Positions 36,994-49,630 of a stretch of 64,000 nucleotides of DNA are shown here, in pieces. Made by a program: the position numbers and the translations under genes. Below the pieces are notes generated by a model. The model did no database searches and was not told where the DNA came from. It worked only from the letters and a program-made list of their open reading frames with translations. The DNA is from Laetmonice hystrix. Its lineage: Eukaryota. The stretch is from the NCBI GenBank assembly GCA_965235115.1, contig OZ249451.1, positions 12,214,001 through 12,278,000 of the forward strand. Direction: 5' to 3'. Numbering within the stretch: position 1 is the first letter of the stretch; every line of letters starts with the position of its first letter.

Positions 36994-38184
36994 GAGGTAA
37001 AACGGTGGAGAACGGAGCGGCGCATGGAGAAATGAATTGTTCAGGAAGTGACGGTGTAATTACTCAGAATGAAGGTGTGTGTGTCCAACCTTCTCCAAAA
37101 CTCAACGGAAAACACGACGATACAAATGGTGTAACAGATAAGTCCCTAAACAGTGACCTTGTGAACTTTGACCTGGGGTTAGGTCAAGGTGAGTCCCAGA
37201 CTAAGACAGAGGTGACAGACTCAAAACATGACTTTGACCCTTTGAGTCCTGAGCTTTTCTCTGCGTCAGGTACTCAGTCTCAAGGAGGTAAACTTATTGA
37301 TCTCGAACAAATGGCGGATACTGATGACATTCACGACGCCTCCACGGCCTCTGTGACCCCGTCTTCACCACCCCATGGAGCCACGCTGGAGTTTGATCCT
37401 CTCCAGCAAGAAGGTGTGCAGGTCATGTCAGCGTTTGGGAAAACAGGCGACACGCTGGAGGAACTGGGAGTGTTTGAAGCGCCACCTCCCTCTGCTGACG
37501 CTCCAGGAGATGACCTTGTGACCTTCAGTGACGGGCCCGTGAAGCAGAATGGTGTGCCAGCTTCAACCAACCCGTTCGCAGCCGATATGGCGTCGCTGAG
37601 CAGGACGTCATTCGCTGGTCCTCCTGAAGACAAAGTTGAACCGGTAGATGTCGCTCTAGTCACGTCAGCTGTACCAGCGCCGTCTGGTGACAAACAATAT
37701 GATGTAACGTCACCACCTAAGACGCCTAAGGAAGCGTTTGTCTCTCCGCCACCCACAGATAAACCAAATGATAGATCAGAAAGTAAAATAACTCCCCCGG
37801 AGTCGCCATCAAGGAAGGTTCGGAGTGAGTCGAAGCTTCCAAAGAAAGCTACACCTCCGGAATCACCAAAAAAGAAGGTCCACGAACCAGCGCCACCTCT
37901 CGGGGAAACAGAACAGGCAAATGCCACGAAATTGTTTGAGAAGGTTGCCCCACCAACCTCTCCAGACAAGAAGGTCCAGGAACCTGCCGCTGAAGCAAAG
38001 GCTGCCCAACCCAAACAGGGTCAATCTCCAACCAAAGCATCTCCTCGTGACAAAAAACAGGTCAAGGCCAAGGATCTTCCACAGAAACAAGCCGAGGAGG
38101 CTCGACCTGATACAGCTCCCAGTAAAATCCCGTCTCCGAAGAAAGAACGAACCACACCGGCCGCTTCAGCTCCCAAAAAACAAG
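36994..38184 (+). CDS. Tau/MAP2-like gene: large projection-domain exon (acidic then Pro/Lys-rich)
   Basis: 1191 nt (397 codons, phase 1-1) within the 512-aa ORF. Acceptor TGTCTTGTTTCAG (alternatives at 36896 and 36924), donor G|GTGAGA at 38185. Many [S/T]P-x-K sites (TPPESPSRK, TPPESPKKK, SPPKTPK). Linkage to the repeat exons is inferred from architecture and phase. Confidence 0.75.
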
Positions 38185-38762
38185 GTGAGAGGTGGCGCCA
38201 CCTAGACGTGACCTTTGCTGTGGCCTCTGGCCTTCACCTTGGCACATCTTCTGTAATATTTAAGTGTGCACCTGTCATGTGCTGTACAGTTTTGCATGTT
38301 ATATGTCAGGTCGTGGTGCACGATATTTAGCCTTAGTTTTTGCAGCGCTTTAGAAGTTTGTGTTGCTTGGTTCCGTTGCCTTCTGTTTGTCCCTGTGTTC
38401 GTAGGACTGTTTGTTTCGTTGATTGAAGAGTCCATGAATGATAATTGCTAGCCTTCTCTGATCCTTGTTTTTTACATTAATTATTCGTGTATTGTTTGAC
38501 ACATGAGATTACTTTACGGATGACGTAATTCACCAATCTTGATTGCATAACGAATCAATGTTTTTCTTCGTTTTCATTATTTTATGTAGATCTACATTTT
38601 GTATGTTCTTTTAGTTCCTTATACATAAGCATGAGGGTCTATGGGACGCTTGAACGGCCTAGTTAATGTTACATTATTTGAAGACCCTTCGTTGTTGTGC
38701 TTTTGACACGAAGCATGAAGCCTGTTTAGATGTAAGAGTGAATATGTTTAAGCAGATCAGCC

Positions 38763-38822
38763 GCCAATCAGAAGCGTTAAGCTTATGCTTAAGCAATATC
38801 TTACGTTTTTTCAAATTGGACC
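38763..38822. mobile_element. Partial copy of the fold-back MITE seen at 10457-10585
   Basis: GCCAATCAGAAGCGTT...GCTTAAGCAATATCTT...AAATTGG matches the right arm. Confidence 0.6.
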
Positions 38823-39691
38823 TTGAATATCGCAGTTCCTAACTCGGAACCTAGCCCGATCCCATGACCTCGGTCGCCAGACCCCCCATCGTTATTAATA
38901 GGTTTGTTTCTCCAATATTGTATTGATGAACTTGTGATACTTACTTGTTTATATATAAGGATCAGTTATCAACTTTTTTCTCCTTACATGCTCAATCAAG
39001 TGTCAGATTAAGCCTTTATCTTTTCTCCATTTCTTTTATTGATTGATCTTTTATCGGACAATTTTAAATTTTGATGCGGTAATAAGAATGCAATCCACAG
39101 GTCAGTTTATGCCCTGACATCGACTTTACCAATTTCCTGACGCCTATAGAGCCCCGTATCTCGAGTGATTACTGGTGTCATTAGATCAGTGAGATATGTC
39201 TGGTAGACTAGGGACCCAGCTGTGGTGGGCCTGGTATGTCAGGAATGATCACACAGTTTCCTGACTCTATATCGTGAATTAAACAGTTGTCATGGGGCCA
39301 GAAGGTGGCTACGTTGTACTAACTCACTTAACCTCAGCACAGACATAATTAATGTAATTACCGTAATATAGTTAGCAAGCGCTGGCCTAATTATTCATCT
39401 GTCGTCGTTCTGTAGAGCGGGTAGGAATCATTGTTCTTGATTAGAATTACAATTGATGGATTATCTGTTGGCCCCTGGTCTGACAGATCATCCATGTGGG
39501 AATTTGTTCCCATGGCGCAGATTATGTGTGATCAGAATTGACTCAGAGTTTAAAAAAATGTCATTTTCCAAACTATGGAGAAATTATAGTTCATAGACGT
39601 AACTTATAAGTACAAGATCTTATATAAAACATTTATATAAAAGGTTGTTTCATCTGGTTTAACTTTCCTCAACTTGTTGATAAATGTAAGG

Positions 39692-39693
<2 letters not shown>

Positions 39694-39738
<45 letters not shown>
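39694..39738. repeat. (CAG)15 microsatellite, intronic
   Basis: Direct count. Confidence 0.92.
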
Positions 39739-39739
<1 letters not shown>

Positions 39740-40104
39740 CGTGGGAGGGGGCACGGCAGGGTGCAGGGGTGGCTGAAGGACGTGGGAGGGGGCACGGCAG
39801 GGTGTAGTTTGATAAATTGGTTTCTGATCAGAGATGACAGGGTTATAAACGATGGTAAATCAACGCCTTCCAGCTACTTCAGTTCAAGTCTGTGTTTTCA
39901 ACTGATAGATTATTTACCTTAGATCTGATGAGATTTGTGAAGAATTTTTTTTATTCACTGAGGCCTCTCAAGTTATCAGACAGTGACGAGATTATGACAT
40001 GAAAGTTCTCGATGTCATGTTGTCCACTTAATTTGAAAAAGAAATGTCCAGTTACCGCCGGATTGCACACATTAGAGTAATTAAATTTGTTTGATTCCCA
40101 GATT

Positions 40105-40480
40105 ACATATGTTTTTTTTTATTACCAGTTGCTGGGTGTTATGGGGACAGTTTGTGTGGAGCTTTCCTGGGTGGAGTCAGTTTTTTTATTTTTTTAATGT
40201 GTGTTTTGTTTGTCATGTATTTTTTTTATTACCAGTTACTCTGTGTTATGGGGACAGTTTGTGTGGAGATTTCCTGGGCCGAGTCCGTGTTTCGGTATTT
40301 TCTAAATGTGTTTTTGTTTGTCATGTATTTTTTTTTATTACCAGTTGCTCTATGTTAGGGGAAAGTTTGTCTGGAGATTTCCTGGGTCGAGTCTGTGTTT
40401 TTGTATTTTTTAATGTGTTTTTTTTTGTTTGTCATGTGTTTTTTATTACCAGTTGCTGTGTGTTGCTGGGTCGAGTCTGT
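40105..40480. repeat. About 108-bp T-rich tandem repeat, about 3.5 copies
   Basis: ATTACCAG at 40121, 40228, 40337, 40445. Confidence 0.85.
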
Positions 40481-42239
40481 ATTATAAAAACATCAGCAAT
40501 GTTACAGCTCCAGCAGGTCCTCTACCACCTCCCCAAGATCTCTCTCTCTCTCCATCACTGTCAACTCCTTACTACCATCTCCTTCATCTTCCCTTACCCC
40601 TCCCCCACGGGTGTTGGGGGGGGGGGGACCAAATCGCCACCACTGTGAACACGATCAATCTTCCGTTTTTTTCTGTTGGCCAAACCGTATTAAGGACTTC
40701 CTATCTTAAAGGCCAAATTCAGACTTTTATCTCGATGATTGGCGTACGTTAAGCAGTATATATAGTAGGCCTACCTTAAGACGATCGATATGTCCGTTTT
40801 CACTTAGGTATTTCAGTTTTTCAGGTTAACCCTGATATAGATATGGAGAGTTTTACCCCACCTCGAACCCACCTATATACCGTCTCTTACCACCAAACCC
40901 GTCTATCTTCTAACCTTTGATACTTTTCTTGAAATTTAGGTTCCAGAGTAAAACAAAAACGTAAGTAGGTTGGGGGGGGGGGGTAAGGGGGTCTCCCCTC
41001 CCCCTTCGAACACTTGCTGTCTCCTGTGTAAACATGTGTGACCACACCATGCATCGTGACAACAGAACGCACCCCCGGCCCACCCGCACCTTTCCAAATA
41101 CTGTTCTCTAGATAAGGGACAACTGAATATTTACATATCCTTTGGTTGTTTACATATTCTTTGGTTATTTACATATTCTTTGGTTATTTACATATCCTTT
41201 GGTAATATGAGCTTTTGAATAATGAACATTATTAATCTTGTTGCATTTTACGGATGGATTCCTGGCTTGATAGGTTGAGAATTCATACTGAACCCCACGG
41301 GAAACAAATGTGCGCTGTGGGCGCTGTTCGGTTCAAACCTGCACCAACTTCTGATGATTCTATTACAATATACTGATGTTAAATGTCATATACAGTGTTG
41401 GAAGTGTTTTGTAAACTAAAGTGGAGGAGCATGCAATAATTTAACAGTGATTCATCCTCCTGGTTTACATTGCGTCCTATAAACATTTCACTCCTGTTAT
41501 GTTGAGTGATATATTAGCAGTTTAATAATATATGTATTGTTGTAGATAACAGTGTTTCTGTGGACCGTATTATTATTAACTTACGAGTTTACGAGTGATT
41601 GATGTGCTATCCTTTGACCACCATATTGACCATTATTTCGGGACGTTCTTCCCCCCAAGAATCGCCCCCCTCGCACTACTCCCCTATCATGTCATTTAAT
41701 TTTATGACCCGATGAAATAGGTTTTTTAAATTTTTATGCATGATTACACGTCTTGCTTGATTTTCTTACTTTGGGTTCTGCATGCTCCAGTAATATCGCA
41801 AGAAAAACCTCACAGATATAAATTTATATATACAAATATATATATAAAATCGAGCAGCACTCCCAGACTGTATTCTTCGCTTAAATTCTACTTTCAATAT
41901 TTTCCTACTCAACATTGTAATGCTTCCTGTTTGAAAATTCTTGAGTTAAAATTATCGTAATTTCCAATTTGTATAAGTTGAATAATAAAATATTTTGGTT
42001 AGTCACCTTTCAGTGATCAAATAACGGTATCATCTATTGACTTGTTTCTCAACACGATCAGACCAATCAAGAGACTATCTTACACGTCCCATAAATCAAC
42101 TTTCTGTAGAATATTTTCCTTCCAGTACAAGTGCAGTGCAGGGAGCTATGGGCAGTACGATAACTCTCCGCTCTCCGTGCCCTGAGTCTGCGTGAGGAAG
42201 ATCGGATTTAAAATGAGTTGTTCTGCTTGTCTTCACCAG

Positions 42240-42289
42240 ATGGCGCTTCAGATAGCGGTATCGAAGATGAGAAGGGAACACCGCGGCGG
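42240..42289 (+). CDS. Tau/MAP2-like gene: small exon DGASDSGIEDEKGTPRR
   Basis: Acceptor CTTGTCTTCACCAG, donor GTGAGT; phase 1 to 0 links 38184 to the downstream phase-0 exons. Confidence 0.65.
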
Positions 42290-45068
42290 GTGAGTGACTA
42301 TTCTATTGTATAGCCGACCTGCCGACCAGAAACACAGCAGAGGTCTCTTGGTATCTAGAAATGAGATACCAAGGCCACCAATCGCAATCTGAAGACGAAG
42401 GGAAAAGGTTTTAGTTTTAAGATTGTATAGACGGAAATACGGGTGTATTTTATAAACTTATATTTAAACACTACTTGGAGAAGTAGGCTACATTAACACA
42501 CAGACCTGTAGATATCTATCCGTCTTGAATCCGAATCCGAATCGATATATTTTATATAGATATATCTATCTGATTCAGATATACTTTAGCGGCTCACGTT
42601 ACCTCACTCATGCAGTGAAGTGGGTTGATATATTTTTTTTGCTAGTTATTTTTTCAAAGGAAAGTGTTTTCATGTAAGTACTTGCTTAAAACATACGACC
42701 TGTCTGATCTGGAGATGTGATTGATAGACAACTTTATCTGACAGAAAGAACATGTCATGTCCGAGTTGATTGATGACAAAGTTATGCCGACAAAAAGAAC
42801 ATGGGTGTCATCAGTGAAGGACATGAGTAAATACGTTGTAATTGTTTGATCTTGTCGGCATACGTCTTGTCACATAGTGTCGGAAGGACTTATCGATAGG
42901 TAGGAGCTTAAAGAAAACAGGCAGGTTTTAACACGATAGATTTAAGAAAAAAAGGTTCTGGTTGAAGTTAAATCTACAAATAGTGACAGAAGCAGTTTTC
43001 TAGCAGGGGTTCGGGTTGAAGGCGGAGGTGTTGGCGGACATATGGTACCTGAAGATGTCACTAGAAGGTCACATTTTAACCAGAAGAAAAGGCATTTGTA
43101 ACCATTTGATTTTTCTCTGCCTGTTCCCCTCCGGTAAATATTTCAAATCGTTGCTCCCTTTCTGTCCATGTTGGCAGAGAGTCCATTTGATCATTGGCTC
43201 CACCGGCTCAGGAGTAGGTCTTTATTGAATAATCTACAAGTCAAGTCCCAGCCCACTCTATGCCAGCCCGACCCGCGGATCTAATGCTATAACATCATCG
43301 CTATTATCGGTTCTACCCCCTCACCCCTCCGCGGGGTGTGTAATGGACCACGCCCATTGATTCGATCCACCTACCTGACACCCCCTCAGCATCCCTCACA
43401 ATGAGCACGCCCCGTTTTGATGCATTCTCGCATCCCCCCTGCCCAAACATCTCCAGCTGGTTGCTGGATCCAGCAGCACAACACGCCAAACAACCCCGCT
43501 TAATTTTCACCCCAGCGTTCGGGTAATCACCCCAGTACTTCACCCCTGATAGGGGTACCACCCCGGATCATATAACACAACACTGTATCGTGATATAAGG
43601 ACAGCACTGGGTTATTCACATCACACATCTCTCGGATTAACGCCTGATTGATGCTTGGATTTCACTGCCTCTGCCATCGAGGACAAAGCTTTGGTCACTG
43701 TGTCACTCTGTGGCACTGATTGCCAATAATACCAGAAGCGTCGGAAGAAAAACGCCATCCAGGAATCTAGTAACTCCGATGTTTCTCTCGCGAGGAATCG
43801 AGGGACGTGAGCAGGTTGGATGCTGGGGAAATTGAAGCGTGTGTAGGTGGGTGTAAGTTAGAGAGACGCTGGGTTGAGGAGGAACTGCCAGCAGCGACTC
43901 TTCTTCCTCATCCCACATCCCTTACACCTTCATCTGGTGGCTTGTCTGTACGTGAATTCGGATTCGTATCATGCCTTCACTGACCAGGACAGGTGACCCC
44001 AGCCTGGACACTGACTGAACCCCAGGGAGCTAGGATCTAACCCGTACCTGCGGACACCTGACCGTGTGTACCGAGTCACTGGAGGCGTCAGGAAGCGCCA
44101 GGAGGCGTCAGTGCGCGGTAGCTATAGGAGTTCAAACACAGCAACGGATGTGTGCTTCATTCTGGGCCTGATGTTAGAACGACCTGAGATTCACAGAACA
44201 GATATACAAATACAGAATCAACTGGGTTAAACGAAAGGGAGTCGATAATCGTGGTGGTAAAAAAAATACAGATAAGGACGCTACTGCTGAGGTCAGCGTT
44301 TCCATGACCTGAGCAGGAGGAGTTGGCAGGAGCGAGGTATCGACGGCCGTAATGGGTTTATAGTGTGACCTACTTGAATGTCTACAAAGTAGGAACCCAT
44401 GCTGTATATGTGAATGAACATTGGTGGATTCAGGGCCGTGGATCAGAACGGATCAGCACGGATCAAAGATTTGTTACCTGAGTGATCATTGGATTCACTC
44501 ATTCACCCCTGTCAGAATCCAGGTGTTTACCTCTCTGTGAAATGTTAGATGGGTTCAAATGTTGTACCTGGTGAATGAAGTCCACGTGAAGCACTCTCTG
44601 TACCTCCGAACCCGGCCAGAACCCACCTGGAGATCCGGGCAGGTGAACCATTGACACCCACACTGAGGTATAGGTGTGCCCTTCCCACAGCGACCAGAGG
44701 ATCTGCATGGTGCCAGACGTCCTCAGCTCTCATGTTTCTGGTGAATTCCATCAACTCCATTCTAAAGTTTTCACTCAGCGGTGGTATAGAGGAATCTGAC
44801 ACGTGAACGTAGGCGCCTATAGAGGCGTCACTGGAAGCGTCCCTGAGGACTGCTCAGCCGCAGGTAATACCTAATTACAGGTAGCTAATTGTGGACGTGA
44901 GGGATGTCATTAACGATTACAATACTCACACCCGGTCAGTCATTGATTCCCGGTTGATGTGATTGACATATCGCTCGGTTCACACCATTGAGAGATCTGG
45001 GGCTGTGTGGATTATTTATTGAGGGATAATCTGTACAAGCTGCTGGACTCCATCCATTCATCCTGTAG

Positions 45069-45124
45069 GATTAAGTTGTGTCAAAATGTCGCTTCCCACC
45101 GCTGCAAGTCCTGAAGGTTCCTCG
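45069..45124 (+). CDS. Candidate alternative exon or short-isoform start (MSLPTAASPEGSS)
   Basis: Acceptor TCCTGTAG at 45068, ATG at 45086, donor GTAAGT at 45125 in phase 0. Confidence 0.4.
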
Positions 45125-45240
45125 GTAAGTGACTATACGGAATTTGTGGCTCTGTATATTGGAAATGTTCACAAGTTTAGATGCGATGAATTTACAAACT
45201 AAGACCGATGAGGGAGATGGAAGCTGGAGTAGCTGATTGA

Positions 45241-45352
45241 CAAAACCAGTCCCCAGACACAGCTACCATTTCAACAAAAATTCACTTCCCAGACACAGCT
45301 ACCATTTCAACAAAACATCAGTCCTCAGACACAGCTACCATTTCAACAAAAA
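45241..45352. repeat. 36-bp tandem repeat x3
   Basis: CAGACACAGCTACCATTTCAACAAAA recurs at 36-bp spacing. Confidence 0.85.
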
Positions 45353-45498
45353 AAATATTGTAATGATCGCGTTTTCCAACCGATTCAGTCCCCGAATACA
45401 ACTATACCGATCGTAATTGAAACATTTAAAATATCTGATTGGATGGATGTTATATTTGCTGGTATATTTGCTATTTTATACTTCCTTTAAAACGACAG

Positions 45499-45525
45499 AA
45501 CGACCTCAGTGATGTCACCAAGGAG
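45499..45525 (+). CDS. Candidate 27-nt microexon NDLSDVTKE
   Basis: ACAG| acceptor after a T-rich tract, donor GTAAGA, phase 0-0. Confidence 0.4.
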
Positions 45526-45855
45526 GTAAGACTGAAGAGTTCCAAAAAATGATATCTTTAGATGGATAATAATCTTGTCTGAGTGTTTGTAAGAGGAAAT
45601 ATTCGGAAATTTTCAATGAACCCACTGTGACGGAATAATTGCCCCATGGTCGGAAGTTTCACATTAAGTTTTCCTTAATTTTAGTTGACAATATAATATT
45701 TTGGTTACACTGAGTAAGAATGACTGGTGACTTTCAGATGATTGCATGAACTCCTAGATGTGATTTCAACCAGCCTGTGATATACGTACACAAAGCATCC
45801 GAAACGTTCACACAAAATCTATCAGTAGTTATCGCGACTCCAAGACTGACTCGCG

Positions 45856-46341
45856 ATGACTGATGTCAGTTCTGAAACTCTCCAAAAGGAGGCCTCGAGA
45901 AGTAAATCAGAAATGAGTAACCAATCCAAATTAAAGACATCGGCTGGCCTACAAAGAGCTGGCCAATCAGAACTCGAAAAGGAGTTATCTGAGATTATAC
46001 CTGGCCAATCAGAACTCGCAAATGGCAGTGACCAATCAAAAACAAAGAAGCCTGAATCTGATCCCGAAGAAAGTTTTCCCGTTGAGGAAGCAGCTTCAGA
46101 GAGAAAATTAAGTAGTGAGGATACCAAGACGCCGGGAAGTCACACCTCCCTAGACTCGGCCAATGGCAGCCTGGATGGAGAGACAGTTACCATGGACAAG
46201 GACGGAAGTCGACCGTCAACCCAGGTCAGCAGGGAACGAACCTTCACCATGGAGGAATACAAAAAAGCGCCCTCTATTATTCTGAGTGAGAAACGTCAAC
46301 TGACGAAAGCTCAGTTGTCCGGGTCAGACTTATACCCGTCG
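45856..46341 (+). CDS. Ser/Glu/Lys-rich coding segment, probably an alternative exon of the MAP gene
   Basis: 162 open codons with disordered-protein composition, ending at donor TCG|GTAAGG in phase 0. The 5' boundary is unresolved (in-frame TGA at 45847). Confidence 0.55.
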
Positions 46342-47196
46342 GTAAGGAGTGGTTCCTTTCCACACACACTATAATAGTATGCTTGACGATATACGACTCT
46401 TGCCTTGGACACGTTTTCTTTAGAACGGCTAGCAATGAACATATCGCATGTAGCACGAGTTCTACAACTCTCAGCACCAGCACAATTTCTTCTCAAATAA
46501 TCTATTGACCACATAGAAACATTGCTCCAAATGAAATCCCTGGTCAGGAATAAAAACACTATAATTCATAACTGGCTGTGGTACAAGGGCTTCGCCTTGA
46601 TCACCAGAATTATGAATTATAATATAATACGTTCATAGTTTTAGAGAGATCTTTAACGGTGTAGAGTTGAAACACTTTATTTTCTCCTCACTGAATATCC
46701 CGACCGTGCCATGATAGAGTAGGAAGCTTTGACTTTGTGTAGGCGTAGTTGTATCACTGATAGGCGTATTAAAAACGAGTTGTAACGTCGCCACTTTGAC
46801 ACCCATACATAGATCTACATAGATGTGTTTTATATATTTTTATCTATCTGGCGAAGGAGATAATCAATCATTATCTCCTAAAGTCTGAGGTCGTATACAT
46901 AATTAATACTATATGAGTGTATAGGAGTGACATTTAGTCCCAGTCAGTCGTCTTCTGGAAAGTTCTGTGTAGTTGTAGCCAAACTCCATATTTCCATATT
47001 GAGGGGGACACAATTAGAGTTTTATTTATACGTCATCTAATGCCAAGATGTCACAGGATGGGTCGCTTCGCTGACCAAGAGGGCAACCAAAGTGAGCTAC
47101 ATGTAGACTGAGGGCCTACAGGAAGCAGGAGAAGGACGGGGTCATCCAGACGCTGACTTCCTCCTGACTGATGTCACCTGGCGGGGGTTGATATAC

Positions 47197-47450
47197 CTCG
47201 TGCTCTGACAGTTCACGTGAACTTACCGTGAGACTCGTGCCATATAAGGCCAGGTCACGTGAGCTTACCGTGAGACTCGTGCCATATAAGGCCAGGTCAC
47301 GTGAGCTTACCGTGAGACTCGTGCCATATAAGGCCAGGTCACGTGAACTTACCGTGAGACTCGTGCTCTGACAGTTCACGTGAACTTACCGTGAGACTCG
47401 TGCTCTGACAGTTCACGTGAGCTTATCGTGAGACTCGTGCCAAAAGGCCA
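47197..47450. repeat. 37/42-bp minisatellite carrying six TCACGTGA E-boxes
   Basis: CACGTG at 47214, 47256, 47298, 47340, 47377, 47414. Confidence 0.9.
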
Positions 47451-48648
47451 GTTCGCGGGAGGAGCCTAATAAAACTTCCCAGACCTGGCTGAGGGCCATG
47501 GTGCCCGTGTAAGGTTCACGCAATCCTCCTTAGTGCTAGCTCTACTGTTGACAGAGGTTTGTCTAGGTGTGAATAATTTACCTCCATCACAGGTGGATGT
47601 TTTTACCTGTAAACGTTTGTCAGCTCACCAACCCCACTACACGTACACCCCTGTACATCTCTTATTCACGCCCCCTCCCCGGCGTCTTGGCAAACCCATG
47701 CATGCACAAGTAGATGTCCCCTGGAGACCTTGAAAGAGTACTGCAGGCCAGGAGTGGACGGGAAGGGGTAGTCGGGTCGGGGTGGGGGGCGGGGGCGGTG
47801 ATTGGGGGGGGGGGGGGTGCAAAAAATTGTTATAGGTAAACACTCTTAGGGGGAATACCAGTCTTTGGTTGGTGTAATTTTGTGTTCTTGAGAGCCTAAG
47901 GTCAAGTGTTACCTTGTTTCTACAGGAGGCACATAGGATTGTGTGATATTATGTACTCCAAAACTCGAGTTAGACGCCCTCACGCGAGAGGCGTATTGTC
48001 GATAGGTGGCGCTGTTCTGACACAAGCTGGGTTCCATAGAAGGATGGAATTCCTGACATATTAAACTCAAGGACTTTGTTTCGGAGATACCGCATAGTAA
48101 AAATATATTATTTAACCTTGCGTAGGTCAGTCGCAGGTGTCGGCAGTACATGGTTCACTAATATGAGGAGGACTTTATGACTCATGGAGACGAGACGTTG
48201 ATCCCCAGACCGAGGGGACAGCCGTGTGCTGCTAGGCAACACAATGTGGGACTGTAATATGGTGGCTGCTAGATTGAGTAAACGACAAACAAAGAGTGAC
48301 AGCTGGGGTAATGACCGGACGGTTTTCACCCATAGTGTACATAGTGTACATGTCACGGCAGGCGTGTATGAAGGTCATCAAAAGTGGAGGGGTGGGGGCA
48401 GAAATGTTTTTATTTCAGTGAAAGTAAATGGCAAGAAAGATGGCCAAACTGAAATTAAAGAATTACTGTTACTTAGTAATTTTTTCATTATTGAGTAATT
48501 TTCACTTTATTCAGTAATTCTGACATTATTCAGATCTTGTTCAGTCATTTTTACCTTAATCACTATGAAGTAAGTTTAAGCCATTCATTGTATGACCTTC
48601 AGTCTCCTCCATCAAGGTCAATCATGATCTCCACTGTATCTCTTACAG

Positions 48649-48820
48649 ACAGCGAGCGCGGGAGACAAGAAGAAATATGGAATCGACGCCAAGAATACTA
48701 CCTACAAACCTGGCGGGGGCAATGTGAAGATTTTTGAACAGAAAATGGAAGTGAAAAAAGTAGGATCGCGAATTGATGCCAAACATTCGCCTCGAAAGTC
48801 GGGAGAGTCGCCGAGAGTGC
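48649..48820 (+). CDS. Tau/MAP2-like gene: exon with atypical repeat (GIDAKNTTYKPGGGNVKIFEQKMEVKKVGSRID)
   Basis: Acceptor TCTCTTACAG, donor GTAAGT at 48821, phase 0 to 1; PGGG and KVGS motifs. Confidence 0.85.
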
Positions 48821-48960
48821 GTAAGTATTTACAAAAAATGAGGGTTGTTTCATACTGGTACTTGTAACTAAAACAACAGAATATATGAGTCGGACATCCT
48901 GCATGGTTGTTAAGTCCTCAGAATGAGTATTCCGAAATTTCACTTTCTCCCATGAGTCTA

Positions 48961-49174
48961 AAGGCTGGATTCCACTTAGCCGATTTACATCCGATCGGCC
49001 ATCCGATTTTCTTAACTTCTAAAATTATTGGTAATTTGTGTCATCAAATCATTAAAGTACATTTAATTTGTTAAAATCAGATATATATTTTTCGTCGGAC
49101 GCAAATATCTGATACATTTTATCATCAATCGGATGGCCGATCGGATGTAAATCGGCTTAGTGGAATCCAGCCTT
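48961..49174. mobile_element. MITE with about 48-bp TIRs, TA-flanked
   Basis: AAGGCTGGATTCCACTTAGCCGATTTACATCCGATCGGCCATCCGATT and its reverse complement (1 mismatch); TA at 48959-48960 and 49175-49176. Confidence 0.88.
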
Positions 49175-49349
49175 TAGGGGGTGAAACCACAAAGAAGGAG
49201 CAGTTCTTTTGGCACTACAAGTTCCACAAGACTCACATGCCGATTTGGGCTACGTTATTCTGAACTCATTTTGTGTTAATTTGGTGAGAAATATAGTTTG
49301 ATGTTATTGCGAGCTTTGAACTTTGTCAGCTGTTTTTCTATGGCCGGAA

Positions 49350-49630
49350 AATCCACTATACTTACCTGTATTGTCAGTAATTTGCTGGAATTGCCAGTAA
49401 CCCCACTTTATTTACTGGTATTGCCAGTAAGCTCACTATATTTACCTGCCTTGCCAGTAAACTCACTATATTTACATGTAATGCCAGTAATTTAATGGTA
49501 TTGCAGTAAATCCACTTTATTTAATGGTATTGCCAATAAACCCACTATATGTACCTGTATTGCCAATAAACCCACTATATCTACCTTTATGAAGTAATGA
49601 GATCTATTACCTGTATTTGCCAGTGAAGTC
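49350..49630. repeat. Degenerate 30-bp minisatellite
   Basis: TTGCCAGTAA at 49391, 49421, 49451 and related units. Confidence 0.8.

Noticed and set aside
37331-38014. 227-aa minus-strand ORF
   Set aside because: Antisense shadow of the + strand Pro/Lys-rich exon; no independent protein features.
42148-42191. Possible myristoylated alternative start MGSTITLRSPCPES
   Set aside because: Donor phase 2 does not match the phase-1 acceptor at 42239, the intron would be only 48 nt, and read-through hits TGA.
43736-43806. Possible exon KRRKKNAIQESSNSDVSLARNRG
   Set aside because: Good donor but the acceptor lacks a pyrimidine tract, and I found no downstream phase-2 partner; needs RNA evidence.
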